This document shows, piece after piece, positions 1 through 10,113 of a stretch of 64,000 nucleotides of DNA (positions are counted from its first letter, which is position 1; each line of letters starts with the position of its first letter). Source of the DNA: Eledone cirrhosa. Its lineage: Eukaryota. A program made the translations under genes and the position numbers. Location: positions 10,974,001 through 11,038,000 of the forward strand of contig OZ024742.1 of assembly GCA_964016885.1 (NCBI GenBank), in the 5' to 3' direction. Below the pieces are notes generated by a model. It saw only the letters and a list, made by a program, of their open reading frames with translations. It made no database searches and was not told where the DNA came from.

Positions 1-397
1 CAAATTCACTTTAAAATATTTCTAAATAATTGAAATATTCTTTTTAACAAAAGCAAAAATATAAACATCTACTGTTTAACACCAACTGGTATTTTTCAGT
101 GATATTCACTTAATGCTTTTCTGATAATTAAAATATCGTCTGTTTAAAGAAAGCTCGAATATAAGATACTTGAAGTACAAACAACTTGTAGTTTTGAAAT
201 CATATTCACTGAGAAATCACTGAAAAAATTTGTTTAAACAATTATTAAACTATGTTCATCATTCGAGAAATATTTTTATGTCGATTTACGTCAAACCTGT
301 TTTATCCCCATTTCAGGGTTATATCACTTACAGGGCTATTTTTCCATTATGCACCGTTTTGGCTATTTAAGAAGGTATCCTACACACACACACACAC

Positions 398-446
<49 letters not shown>

Positions 447-561
447 GAAGTTAGGATACAACAAGCAAATACTTTTATAACTGATATAAAACACTCAACA
501 AATTTTTGGAGTAAAAATACAATATATTAACAAATGGAAACTATATTTATAAAACCATATT

Positions 562-626
562 TATTTCATTATACATATTTCAAGGACACCAAAGCAAATT
601 ATGGTGCGCTTTCATCAGATAAAATA
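562..626 (-). ncRNA. Type I hammerhead ribozyme (HHR-1)
   Basis: Minus strand reads UAUUUUAU-CUGAUGA-AAGCGCACCA[UAAUUUGCUU]UGGUGUCCUU-GAAA-UAUGUA-UA-AUGAAAUA. It has an 8-bp stem I, an intact core, a paired stem II, a minimal stem III and an AUA cleavage triplet. Confidence 0.85.
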
Positions 627-2277
627 TAATATAGATCAGTTTTATAAACAGATATTGACATACCCTTAAAGAATGCAACCATGATGGTTGGAAGCTCCCG
701 GATAGTGGGGTTACTAATTTTATGATTGGTTTATTATGCAAATTAGTGTCGGAAAGGTTTAAATCCCATACATTTAAATTAAGCCGTTGGAATAGGGAAG
801 AAAAAAAAAGAAAAGGAAAAAGAAAGAACGAAAGAAAAATAAAAGAAAAGAAAGAGAAAGAGAGAAAACCCTAAGTGAGAGAGTGTTGTATTAACGTAAT
901 TTTATGAGATGATGAAGCGAAAAGATAAATATATATTGGATGAATTACGCGAAGTAAATAAAGCGTGGATAAATAAATAAATAGTAATAACCGGAGAATT
1001 TTATCTAATGTTTAAATTTGATTAAATTATTGAGATCTATAAATTAAAAATTAAAAATTGAGATCTATATATTATTAAAAGAATATATAATTAAAAGAAT
1101 ATATATATATACACATATATATATATATATATATACACATACTATCAAAATATATGTTATTATTACATAACCTTACATACATTTATTATTAATCATCAAC
1201 CAACAATTAACTATTAAATTTTCCAATTAACAATAATACTTATAAGAAATAGCAAAATATATATTTAAAATAGGAATGTTCAGAGATTTTACCGAAGAAA
1301 AATCTCTTCTTAGTAATAGCAATACAGCGTGATGGAAAATTTATTGATTTATTTTTAATTTAGATACGTCTAAGGATTATATGCTATAAAAGTTAAGATG
1401 ATAAAAAAAGTTAAGATTATAAGAGAACCTTATATTATTTTATAGTAAGTTATAATTTTATAAATTTTATATATTTTATAAATCCACCTGTTATACAGTT
1501 GTGACTGTTAAAATATAAGTTTGTTTACTATAACGTCTTAATGTTTAAAGTTTTTCATAAGAATATATCTAAAGCATAAACCATAAGATACCTTTTATAT
1601 AAGTTCTTTCATAGAATGTATTCAAATCATACATTTCGATATATATATACACAGACATACATACATGCATACATACGCACATATAGACACATACATATAT
1701 ATATATAGATACACATATACATATATATATAAATAGAAAATACATAATATAAAATAAAATATGAGTTATAATTTAAAAAGGATTATAATTTTAAAAGGAA
1801 TTACAATTTGTAAAAAAGATATAATTATATAATTTTAAAAGGAATTATATTTTTAAGCAATGTAATCTTTAAGCAATATAATTCTAAAAATATGTAATTT
1901 TTAAGCAATATAATTTTAAAAATATATATAAGAATATATAGAAAAAACATAGTATAAAATATGAATTATATTTTTTTATAATTTTTTATATCCATCAGAG
2001 GAATTAACAATAAACCTATTTTTTTAAACTTTCAGTGTTTATCTTAATTTTTTATACCCTTTAAAAAAAAAAAAAACTTTCAGTATGTTTATCTAGAAGA
2101 ATTTTCAAGGAAAAATTTGATAGGAAACATTTTATTTGGAAAAATTTTAAGGAAAAAAAATTTTAAAGGAAAAAAACTATTTTAAGGAAAAAAATTGTCT
2201 TCATTTAAGAGAGTTTTGGGCAGTCGTATGAAGGAATCTAATGATTTATCGATAGGTTTAATAAGATGAGTTATATA

Positions 2278-3150
2278 TTACATTTTAAATTTATATTTAA
2301 ACGTTGAATTTAATCTATGTTTGCAGCAACTGAAAAGATTGTTCCTTAAATTCATAGAATTTTTGCTCTTTAATATAAAGAATATTTCCTCTATACAAAG
2401 AGCACAATTTTCCGAAGAGGCGTTAAATGGAGGAGCTTTGGAAAAAATATTCCAACGTAAAGAATAGTTAATGTTCTTTAATTTTAGGTCCCATAGTAAG
2501 CTAGATAGAGAAGTTGAAGATTTTTTATTTATATTCGTGAAAGAGCATTTATGGTTATTAAAGCGGGATTTATAAAGTCTGTAGAAGTAGAACCTACATA
2601 ATTAAATGAATTTAAATTAGTTTTTAGATTACAATTATATACAATATTTTTAGCTAAACAATTGTTATTTAACGGACAGTTAGATTTATTTCTACAGTTA
2701 CATTTATCAAAATTCAAGTTACTAGGAACCGTATTATTAAATTGGATATTGCTGGGTTAATGGTATTCTGGTTAGGTTTTAAGTTTCTATTATTAATTCT
2801 ATTAATATTCTGCGCTAAATTACTGGTGGTTGAATAAGTCAATTTTATAGTATATCTATTAAATATTGAGTAATATCTATGTGTTCTAGGGAAGCATTTG
2901 TCAAGAGCTTTAAAGAATAGTTTAGCAATAGTTTTAATATTTAATGAGAAAGGAGGAGCAAACCATAATATATTCCTAGTTCTATTTCTTTTTTTGTTTT
3001 TCGAATTATTGTAAGGTTTTCTATTATAGTTGTTAAAATTATGGTTATTTGTTATATTATTATTATCAATATATTTAATTTTATTATTATATCCAGCTCT
3101 ACCTAACGCTTCGTTGTAATATTGTGCTTTATCATCAAAAATATTCTTAT
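2278..3150 (-). pseudogene. Frameshifted PLE thumb/linker + GIY-YIG endonuclease
   Basis: YYNEALGRAGY...RNILWFAPPFSLNIKT...DKCFPRTHRYYSIFNRYTIKLTYS, then CNCRNKSNCPLNNNCLAKNIVYNC...YVGSTSTDF, then after a frameshift KSRFNNHKCSF...RWNIFSKAPPFNASSENCALCIEE...SCCKHRL, stop at 2278-2280. Confidence 0.85.
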
Positions 3151-3154
3151 AGAG

Positions 3155-3188
<34 letters not shown>

Positions 3189-3289
3189 GTCTCTAACTTA
3201 AGTACTGTTACACACACACACACACACACACACATGTCTCTAAGTACGTAAACACATGCACTGGCACACATACACATGCAGAAACACAT

Positions 3290-3908
3290 GGTGGCAGTAT
3301 AACTGTGAAAGAGAGAGAAAGAAATAACGTTATGGATAGGGGGAGAGTTAAAATAAATAAAAGTTAAGGACGCTGTCTCTTTCCCTATCTGTAATCCTCC
3401 CTCTCTCTCTCATCCCCTCACTCTCTCTCTCTCTTTCTCTCTCTCACCCCCTCTCTGTCTCTCTTACCTACAGAATGGACAACCAAAAACAAACGGATTA
3501 TTTCTTTCGATATTCATTATAAAATAAGATAAATTGAATTTAAATGAATTCCTTGCTATTTTCGGAAAATTGAAAATATTGTCCATGTGCGATTTACGCC
3601 AAACTTGTTTTATTCAGAGTATTTACTCATTATGCAATGTTTTGGCTATTTACGAAGTTTTGCGGGTTCTGTTAATTTCGAGGTATTTTCCCAGTATGCA
3701 CCGTTGTGGCTATTTACGAAGGCACCCCCAAAACCCGCGAATCTCTGGAACCCGGAGTCAGATTTTCGCGAAACTTGTTTTATTCAATTTGTATTCCCAT
3801 TTCAGAGGCAACTTCCTTTCAAAGTATTTACCCATTATGCGCCCTTTTGGCTGTATTACATAACAGACAAGCAAGCACGCAAGATCAGAGTTTTAGTAGT
3901 ATATAGAT
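3290..3908 (+). mobile_element. Non-autonomous dispersed repeat, possibly Helitron/Helentron-derived; related fragment at ~280-380
   Basis: Internal sub-repeats CATTATGCACCGTTTTGGCTATT and CGATTTACG..AAACTTGTTTTAT are shared with 282-378. It ends in ACAGACAAGCAAGC...TTTTAGTAGTATATAGAT. The family assignment is inference. Confidence 0.4.
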
Positions 3909-3921
3909 AGATATATACATA

Positions 3922-4418
3922 TGATGGCTGCGACTCGATTTTGAGTAATGTCATCACTTGATACTGAACCATGAGCATCACGGATGTGAATTTTTAGTCC
4001 TGCTAAGGACTTGTCTATGGCCAGTAATATGATGCATCGCAAAAAATGTCACATCAGGCGACGCCTGTGCTTGATGCTTTTTTAAGTTAGGAAAGGCTTT
4101 ACACGGGGCCAATCCCATCTGAACACCAAATACATTTGCCCAAAAAGAGGAACTGGTATACATCATTGGATGCAAATGAAAGTTCAGGTTTTATATCAGA
4201 GTGACTTACTCCCAGAGAGATGTCTTAATGAAGACTCGGAGTCTCTCGTTCCATAAAAAAACTTTATTGGATGGCCGTTGATTCTGATGAGTTCCTTTGC
4301 CCTTTGACTGGTTTTATTTTTCATCCCGTAGAGTGTCCAAATTCTCCCACCAAGCAAGCTTGGTGGGGTTGCCAGTTTAGTCACCAACAGCCCGACCAAG
4401 CACAGATTGTACTGGGTT
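3922..4418 (+). mobile_element. Dispersed repeat (probably a LINE 5' non-coding region), homologous to 54559-55043
   Basis: Shared colinear blocks: TGGCTGC..ACTCG.TTT; TTTTTAGTCC.GC.A..GACTTG; TTGGATGGCC.TTGA.TCT.A.GAG.TCCTTTGCCCTTTGAC.GGTTTT. Confidence 0.55.
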
Positions 4419-4629
4419 ATATGTATATATATATATTTACATACATACATATACACATGTAGATTCCTGATGTATAATGGAATTACATACACATATATGT
4501 ATGTACATGTGTATGTATGTACATGTGTATGTATATTGATGTATATTTATATCTGTGTGTGTGTATACCCTTATGTTTAAATGCTTATACACTAACGTAT
4601 TGAGTCCCTTTTTAAGTGTATAAGAATTT

Positions 4630-5162
4630 AATCAATATATATATATACACACATATATATAAATATATATATACACATATATATATATAAATATATATAT
4701 ACACATATATATATATAAATATATATCTACACATATATAAATATATAAATATATATATACACACATATATATATAAATATATATATACACACATATATAT
4801 ATAAATATATATATACACACATATATATATAAATATATATATACACACATATATATATATAAATATATATATACACACATATATATATATAAATATATAT
4901 ATACACACATATATATATAAATATATATATATACACACATATATATATATAAATATATACACATATATATATAAATATATATATACACATATATATATAT
5001 AAATATATACACACATATATATATAAATATATATATACACACATATATATAAATATATACACACATATATATATATATATATACACACATATATATATAT
5101 ATATATATATAAATATGTATATACACACATATGTATATATATAAATATATATATACACACAC
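4630..5162. repeat. Compound (TA)n/(CA)n microsatellite
   Basis: Repeating ATATATATACACACATATATATATAA-type units. These produce the spurious YI/CV ORFs. Confidence 0.95.
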
Positions 5163-6236
5163 GTACAGGTTGGGGTCCACCAGGGCTCTGTTCTTAGCCC
5201 TCTCCTGTTCATCATAGTCCTGCAGGCAATAACGGAGGAGTTTAAGACCGGATGCCCATGGGAACTCCTGTATGCCGATGACCTCGCACTTATAGCTGAA
5301 TCTATGGTAGAACTAAAGAAGAAATTCCAAACTTGGAAGCAAGGACTAGAAAGAAAGGGTCTCAAAGTCAACATGACAAAGACTAGGGTCCTTGTAAGTA
5401 GACGAGAAAACAGAACCCAGATCCCCTCAGGGAAATGGCCTTGCTCAGTATGTAGGAAAGGTGCAGGTAGGAACTCCATTCTCTGCCCCAAATGCAAACA
5501 GTGGGTACACAAGAGATGTAGTGGGATCTCAGGAAGCTTAATTAAGAATGTAGGCTTCACATGCAGCAGCTGTGCTGGGACAGCAAGCAGCAAACAACCA
5601 CAGGAAACAAGTACCACGAATCTCTGGGAGGGCTCTGTAGAAACAGTAGACAGCTTCTGCTACCTAGGTGGCCGAATTAGCAGCGGAGGTGGGTGTTCAG
5701 AAAGTACAATAACTAGGGTAAGAACGGGATGGAAGAAGTTTAGGGAACTACTACCACTGCTAGCTGCAAAAGGCTTCTCCCTCAAAATGAAAGGCAGACT
5801 GTATGATGCGTGTATCCGAACAGCGATGTTGCATGGTAGTGAGACCTGGGCGCTGAAGGTGGAAGACTTACGTAGATTAGAGAGAAACGAAGCACGCATG
5901 TTCCGATGGATGTGTAATAGTAATATACGAGAACGACAAAGCATAAATGAATTGAGAGAGAGACTGAGCATAAGAGGAATCAAATGCTGTGTGCAGGAGA
6001 GGCGGTTGCGTTGGTATGGACATGTGATGCGTATGAAGGATGACAGCTGCATAAAAAGGTGCAGAGCACTAGAAGTCGATGGAAACCGCGGAGTGGGGAG
6101 ACCCAAGATGACCTGGGATGAGGTGATAAAAGCCGACCTTACCCAATTACACCTCTCAAAGGCGATGACACACGACCGTGACCTCTGGCGCCACGCAGTA
6201 ATACAGAGTACCCGACCTCCAATGGGTACAAGCTGA
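5163..6236 (+). CDS. RTE reverse transcriptase, C-terminal part (5'-truncated)
   Basis: [18 protein letters not shown]...[10 protein letters not shown]...GLKVNMTKT...Cys-rich insert...FCYLG...MLHGSETW...[11 protein letters not shown]...[10 protein letters not shown]. Confidence 0.9.
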   Translation, partial: VQVGVHQGSVLSPLLFIIVLQAITEEFKTGCPWELLYADDLALIAESMVELKKKFQTWKQGLERKGLKVNMTKTRVLVSRRENRTQIPSGKWPCSVCRKGAGRNSILCPKCKQWVHKRCSGISGSLIKNVGFTCSSCAGTASSKQPQETSTTNLWEGSVETVDSFCYLGGRISSGGGCSESTITRVRTGWKKFRELLPLLAAKGFSLKMKGRLYDACIRTAMLHGSETWALKVEDLRRLERNEARMFRWMCNSNIRERQSINELRERLSIRGIKCCVQERRLRWYGHVMRMKDDSCIKRCRALEVDGNRGVGRPKMTWDEVIKADLTQLHLSKAMTHDRDLWRHAVIQSTRPPMGTS

Positions 6237-6527
6237 AGCATATAGACAATATGCCCCCACACCCCCCACTGCAAGGTGGTCGTGGAGGTGTCACGTCAAA
6301 AAAGCACCCAGGCCAAACTGTAAAGTGGACGTGTAGGCGCCACGAAAAAGCACCCAGCACTCACTGTAAATGAGGTTGGTGTTAGGAAGGGCATCCAGCT
6401 GTAGAAATCAAGCCAAATCAGTTCCTGTATGAGAAAGGCACGGTCAGCCGACTAGACACTGCCCACAACAGGACAACCCGTCTAACCCATGCTAGCGTGG
6501 AAGAACGGACGTAAAACGGTGATGATG
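5163..6527 (+). mobile_element. 5'-truncated RTE-clade LINE inserted in microsatellite
   Basis: RT frame is open from 5163 to the stop at 6236. The 3' UTR carries GTTAGGAAGGGCATCCAGC and AACCCATGCTAGCGTGGAA and ends in a (TGA)n tail. Confidence 0.92.
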
Positions 6528-6545
6528 ACACACACATATAGATAT

Positions 6546-6584
<39 letters not shown>

Positions 6585-6933
6585 AACACAGACATACATA
6601 TATATAAACACACACACATATACATAAACACACACACACACATATATATATATATAAACACACACACATATATATATATATATAAACACACATATATATA
6701 TATATAAACACATATATATATAAAAACAGATATATATATATATAAACACATATATATATATATAAACAGATATATATATATAAACACACACACATATATA
6801 TATATAAACACACATATATATATATAAACACACATATATATATATAAACACACACACATATATATATATATAAACACACATATATATATATAAACACACA
6901 TATATATATATATAAACACACACATATATATAA

Positions 6934-6964
<31 letters not shown>

Positions 6965-7151
6965 AAGACATATATATATATATAAAAACACATATATATA
7001 TATATGTGTGTTTATATATATATATATATGTGTGTGTTTATATATATATAAGTGTGTTTATATATATATATATGTGTGTTTATATATATATATCGGTGTG
7101 TCTTTATATATATATATCGGTGTGTCTTTATATATATACATATCGGTGTGT

Positions 7152-7184
<33 letters not shown>
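6528..7184. repeat. Compound (TA)n/(CA)n microsatellite with a polarity switch near 7000
   Basis: AAACACACATATATAT units change to their reverse complement ATATATGTGTGTTT at about 7005. Confidence 0.93.
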
Positions 7185-7188
<4 letters not shown>

Positions 7189-7302
7189 TGAAATAAAATG
7201 AAAACGAAATTTCATTTCTCACTCTTAGTACGGCACTTACTTAAATGTGAGTATGTGTGTATACGTACGTACATATATGTATACAGACGTACAGTAGCAT
7301 GC

Positions 7303-7333
<31 letters not shown>

Positions 7334-7528
7334 CACATATATACATATATATATATACATAAACATATATACATACAGGTACACATACATATATGCACGT
7401 ATCAGTTTAGCGGACGCTTATTATAACACCGCTTTGTTCGTTTGTAAACAAACTGAACAGCCTGAATTTTTTATGCCGTACGGTGTTAAGGCAACCACGT
7501 CACCTTTTTGTTCAACACTGACACAGGA

Positions 7529-7571
7529 ACGATATACTAGTTTCAAGCTTGTTAGCTATCATCAGCACCGT
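7529..7571 (-). ncRNA. Minimal type I hammerhead ribozyme (HHR-2a)
   Basis: ACGGUG-CUGAUGA-UAGCU[AACA]AGCUU-GAAA-CUAG-UA-UAUCGU. Confidence 0.85.
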
Positions 7572-7998
7572 ATACCCATCTGCCAGATAGTTGAACGTTC
7601 GAAAGTATATACTTTCCTTATGAAAATTAATGGCTGAGCAGCCTAATTTGCATATCGAGTGAGCTAAGTCGGTCAGGCATACCGAAAACGATAAGTTGAA
7701 ATAAAATGAAAACGAAATTTCATTACTCACTTTTTGTACGGCGCTTACTTAAATGTAAGTATGTGTGTATACGTACATACATGTATGTATACAGACGTAC
7801 AGTAGCATGCATATATATATATATATATACATATATATATACAGGTACACATACATATATGCACGTATCAGTTTAGCGGACGCTTATTATAACGCCGCTT
7901 TGTTCGTTTGTAAACAAACTGAACAGCCTGAATTTTTATTTTTTTATTTTTTTATTTTTTTACTGATACGTGCATATATGTATGTGTACCTGTATGTA

Positions 7999-8031
<33 letters not shown>

Positions 8032-8270
8032 GCAAGCTACTGTACGTCTGTATACATATATGTATGTACGTATACACACATACTCACATTTAAGTAAGTG
8101 CCATACTAAGAGTGAGAAATGAAATTTCGTTTTCATTTTATTTCAACTTATCGTTTTCGGTATGCCTGACCGACTTAGCTCACTCGATATGCAAATTAGG
8201 CTGCTCAGCCGTTAATTTTAATAAGGAAAGTATATACTTTCGAACGTTCAACTATCTGGCAGATGGGTAT

Positions 8271-8313
8271 ACGGTGCTGATGATAGCTAACAAGCTTGAA
8301 ACTAGTACATCGT
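8271..8313 (+). ncRNA. Minimal type I hammerhead ribozyme (HHR-2b)
   Basis: ACGGUG-CUGAUGA-UAGCU[AACA]AGCUU-GAAA-CUAG-UA-CAUCGU. It has a 6-bp stem I, a palindromic stem III (ACUAGU) and a GUA cleavage site. Confidence 0.9.
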
Positions 8314-8456
8314 TCCTGTGTCAGTGTTGAACAAAAAGGGACGTGGTTGCCTTAACACCGTACGGCATAAAAAATTCAGGCTGTTCAGTTTATTTACAAA
8401 CGAACAAAGCGGCGTTATAATAAGCGTCCGCTAAACCGATACGTGCATATATGTAT

Positions 8457-9432
8457 GTGTTCATTTATCCGTTCCCCTACACTACGAGCTGTCTCACCTA
8501 TGTACACTACATTTTTCTCTCTACATTGTCCTTCAGCCCATCTTATGCTATACACTACTTTTCTAGTTTTACAGTTAATATGGGGGCTTATTTTACAGGT
8601 TATACATTTCTTATCTATACATGAGGGTCTTTGAAAAGGGTATGTCTTGCTAATAAGTGTTTTTACGGAGGTACCTGGTCTTTCTACTATCTTAATATTG
8701 AGTTTATGTTTATTTAGGGCCCTTCTAAATTTGTAAGCTAATTCACCTCTGGTATTTATTGCTATCATACCTATGTACATAGGTGAGACAGCTCGTAGTG
8801 TAGGGGAACGGATAAATGAACACTGGCGAGACCTTCAAGATAATAAAGAATCATCTGTACTCTACCAACATGCTAAGATAGAACACAAGGGTAAATTAGA
8901 GAACATAGAAATAAAAATAGAATCTACACACAGAAAAGACGCAATGTTTAGACAAATTACAGAGGCAATAAACATAAAAGAATTACAACCAAAATTAAAT
9001 AGAAAATATGAGTGGAACAGCAACATCGCAACTTACAATTAAGGACAAAATGAAAACACACACACACATAGAACAAACAACCAACCAGTAACATGTAAAT
9101 AAACAAATAAATAAATGAACATAAACACACACAGACACCCGGATGTGGCGCATGCGCAGACTGAGCACACAACACACACACAGAAACAAAATGGCGTAGG
9201 ACAGAACAAAGGAGAGGCACAGAAACAAAGAAAGGAACCCCAGTCACTGAAGAGGTCACAGAGTGTGTGACGAAAGAACTATGACTATATATAAACAACT
9301 ATCTGGTTGTGGAACCAACCAACCAACCAGAAATTTATAGATTTATAAATTTATAAATATATAATAAATTGAAGTGAAAGCGACTGGTGCGTGTGTTTCT
9401 TATTGGCAACATGACCCTCCCAAAGTATAACA
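8457..9432 (+). mobile_element. 5'-truncated, 5'-inverted Penelope-like element (family B1)
   Basis: Minus segment 8457-8770 encodes TRGELAYKFRRAL...KIVERPG...CIDKKCITCK...CKTRKVVYSI...YIGETARS. Plus segment 8774-9042 encodes YIGETARSVGERINEH...RQITEAINI...LNRKYEW*. A 3' region with HHR-3 follows and ends in ATGACCCTCCCAAAGTATAACAA. Confidence 0.9.
9242..9286 (+). ncRNA. Minimal type I hammerhead ribozyme (HHR-3)
   Basis: AGUCA-CUGAAGA-G-GUCACA[GAGUG]UGUGAC-GAAA-GAAC-UA-UGACU. Stem I (5 bp) and stem II (6 bp) pair perfectly, with one extra nucleotide after the core. Confidence 0.85.
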
Positions 9433-9488
9433 ATATATATATATAAATATATATATACACATATATACACTTATATACACACACATAT

Positions 9489-9531
<43 letters not shown>

Positions 9532-9564
9532 TATATATATATATATATACATATATATACACAC

Positions 9565-9624
<60 letters not shown>

Positions 9625-9825
9625 ATACTTGGGGAGGGTCATATTTGAGTAATATTGCCAGAATTAATAACAGAACACACTCACTGTTTGGTTGGTTTTC
9701 GCTTCTCGCTTCTGTGTCTTTTATATCGGTAATCTAACTTACTCGGTCCTCAATGTTGCCATTGACTGACCGACGGTCAAAAATAATACAGATACAATAT
9801 AGACACAAACACATATATATAGTTT

Positions 9826-9867
9826 ATCATAAATCTTTCGTTGCACATCTGCAACATCGTCAGTGGT
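9826..9867 (-). ncRNA. Minimal type I hammerhead ribozyme (HHR-4)
   Basis: ACCA-CUGACGA-U-GUUGCA[GAUG]UGCAAC-GAAA-GAUU-UA-UGAU. There is one stem I mismatch; the 13.5 kb copy has AUCA, which would pair. Confidence 0.75.
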
Positions 9868-10113
9868 GTTATCGTTTCCTCCTGTTGTATTATATGTTTA
9901 CGCCATTTTTATTCAGTCTGTCTATATATATATTTATTTATTTGCTCGTTTGTTTATTTTATTTTGTCTTCTTTGCGCATGCGTTTGCGTGTGTGTATAG
10001 TGTTTTGTTTGCTGTGTGATGGGTGACTAGTGTGTGTTTATGTGCTTGTTGTTATTGTGTTTGTGTATGTATTTATTTATTTTATTTTATTTTATTTTAT
10101 TTTATTTACTTAT

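Larger units (their letters stand above)
444..3150 (-). mobile_element. 5'-truncated Penelope-like element (family A) with long AT-rich 3' region and terminal hammerhead
   Basis: Minus-strand PLE C-terminal remnant (2278-3150), then ~1.65 kb of non-coding AT-rich DNA, then a hammerhead at 562-626. Both ends abut TA/CA microsatellites. Boundaries are approximate. Confidence 0.75.
7185..8460. mobile_element. Hammerhead-bearing ~473-508 bp non-coding repeat (candidate retrozyme), 1.5 tandem copies plus one inverted permuted copy
   Basis: AAGTTGAAATAAAATGAAAACG occurs at 7185 and 7693 (period 508). The second copy stops at ~7936. Bases 7962-8460 are the reverse complement, start at a different phase and have ~25 bp terminal redundancy. 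Confidence 0.8.

Noticed and set aside
4283-4300. CTGATGAG as a hammerhead core
   Set aside because: No stem II followed by GAAA and no stem I partner. The homologous site at ~54990 reads CTTAAGAG.
4727-6360. Minus-strand ORFs of 296, 204 and 73 aa
   Set aside because: They are antisense shadows of the RTE ORF and its UTR.
4612-7215. Many YI/CV/HT-rich ORFs
   Set aside because: These are translations of TA/CA microsatellites.
7257-8330. Repeated short ORFs (MSNEISFSF..., MYTYVHIC...)
   Set aside because: They recur only because the DNA unit is repeated. They have non-ATG starts, include microsatellite and show no recognisable domain.
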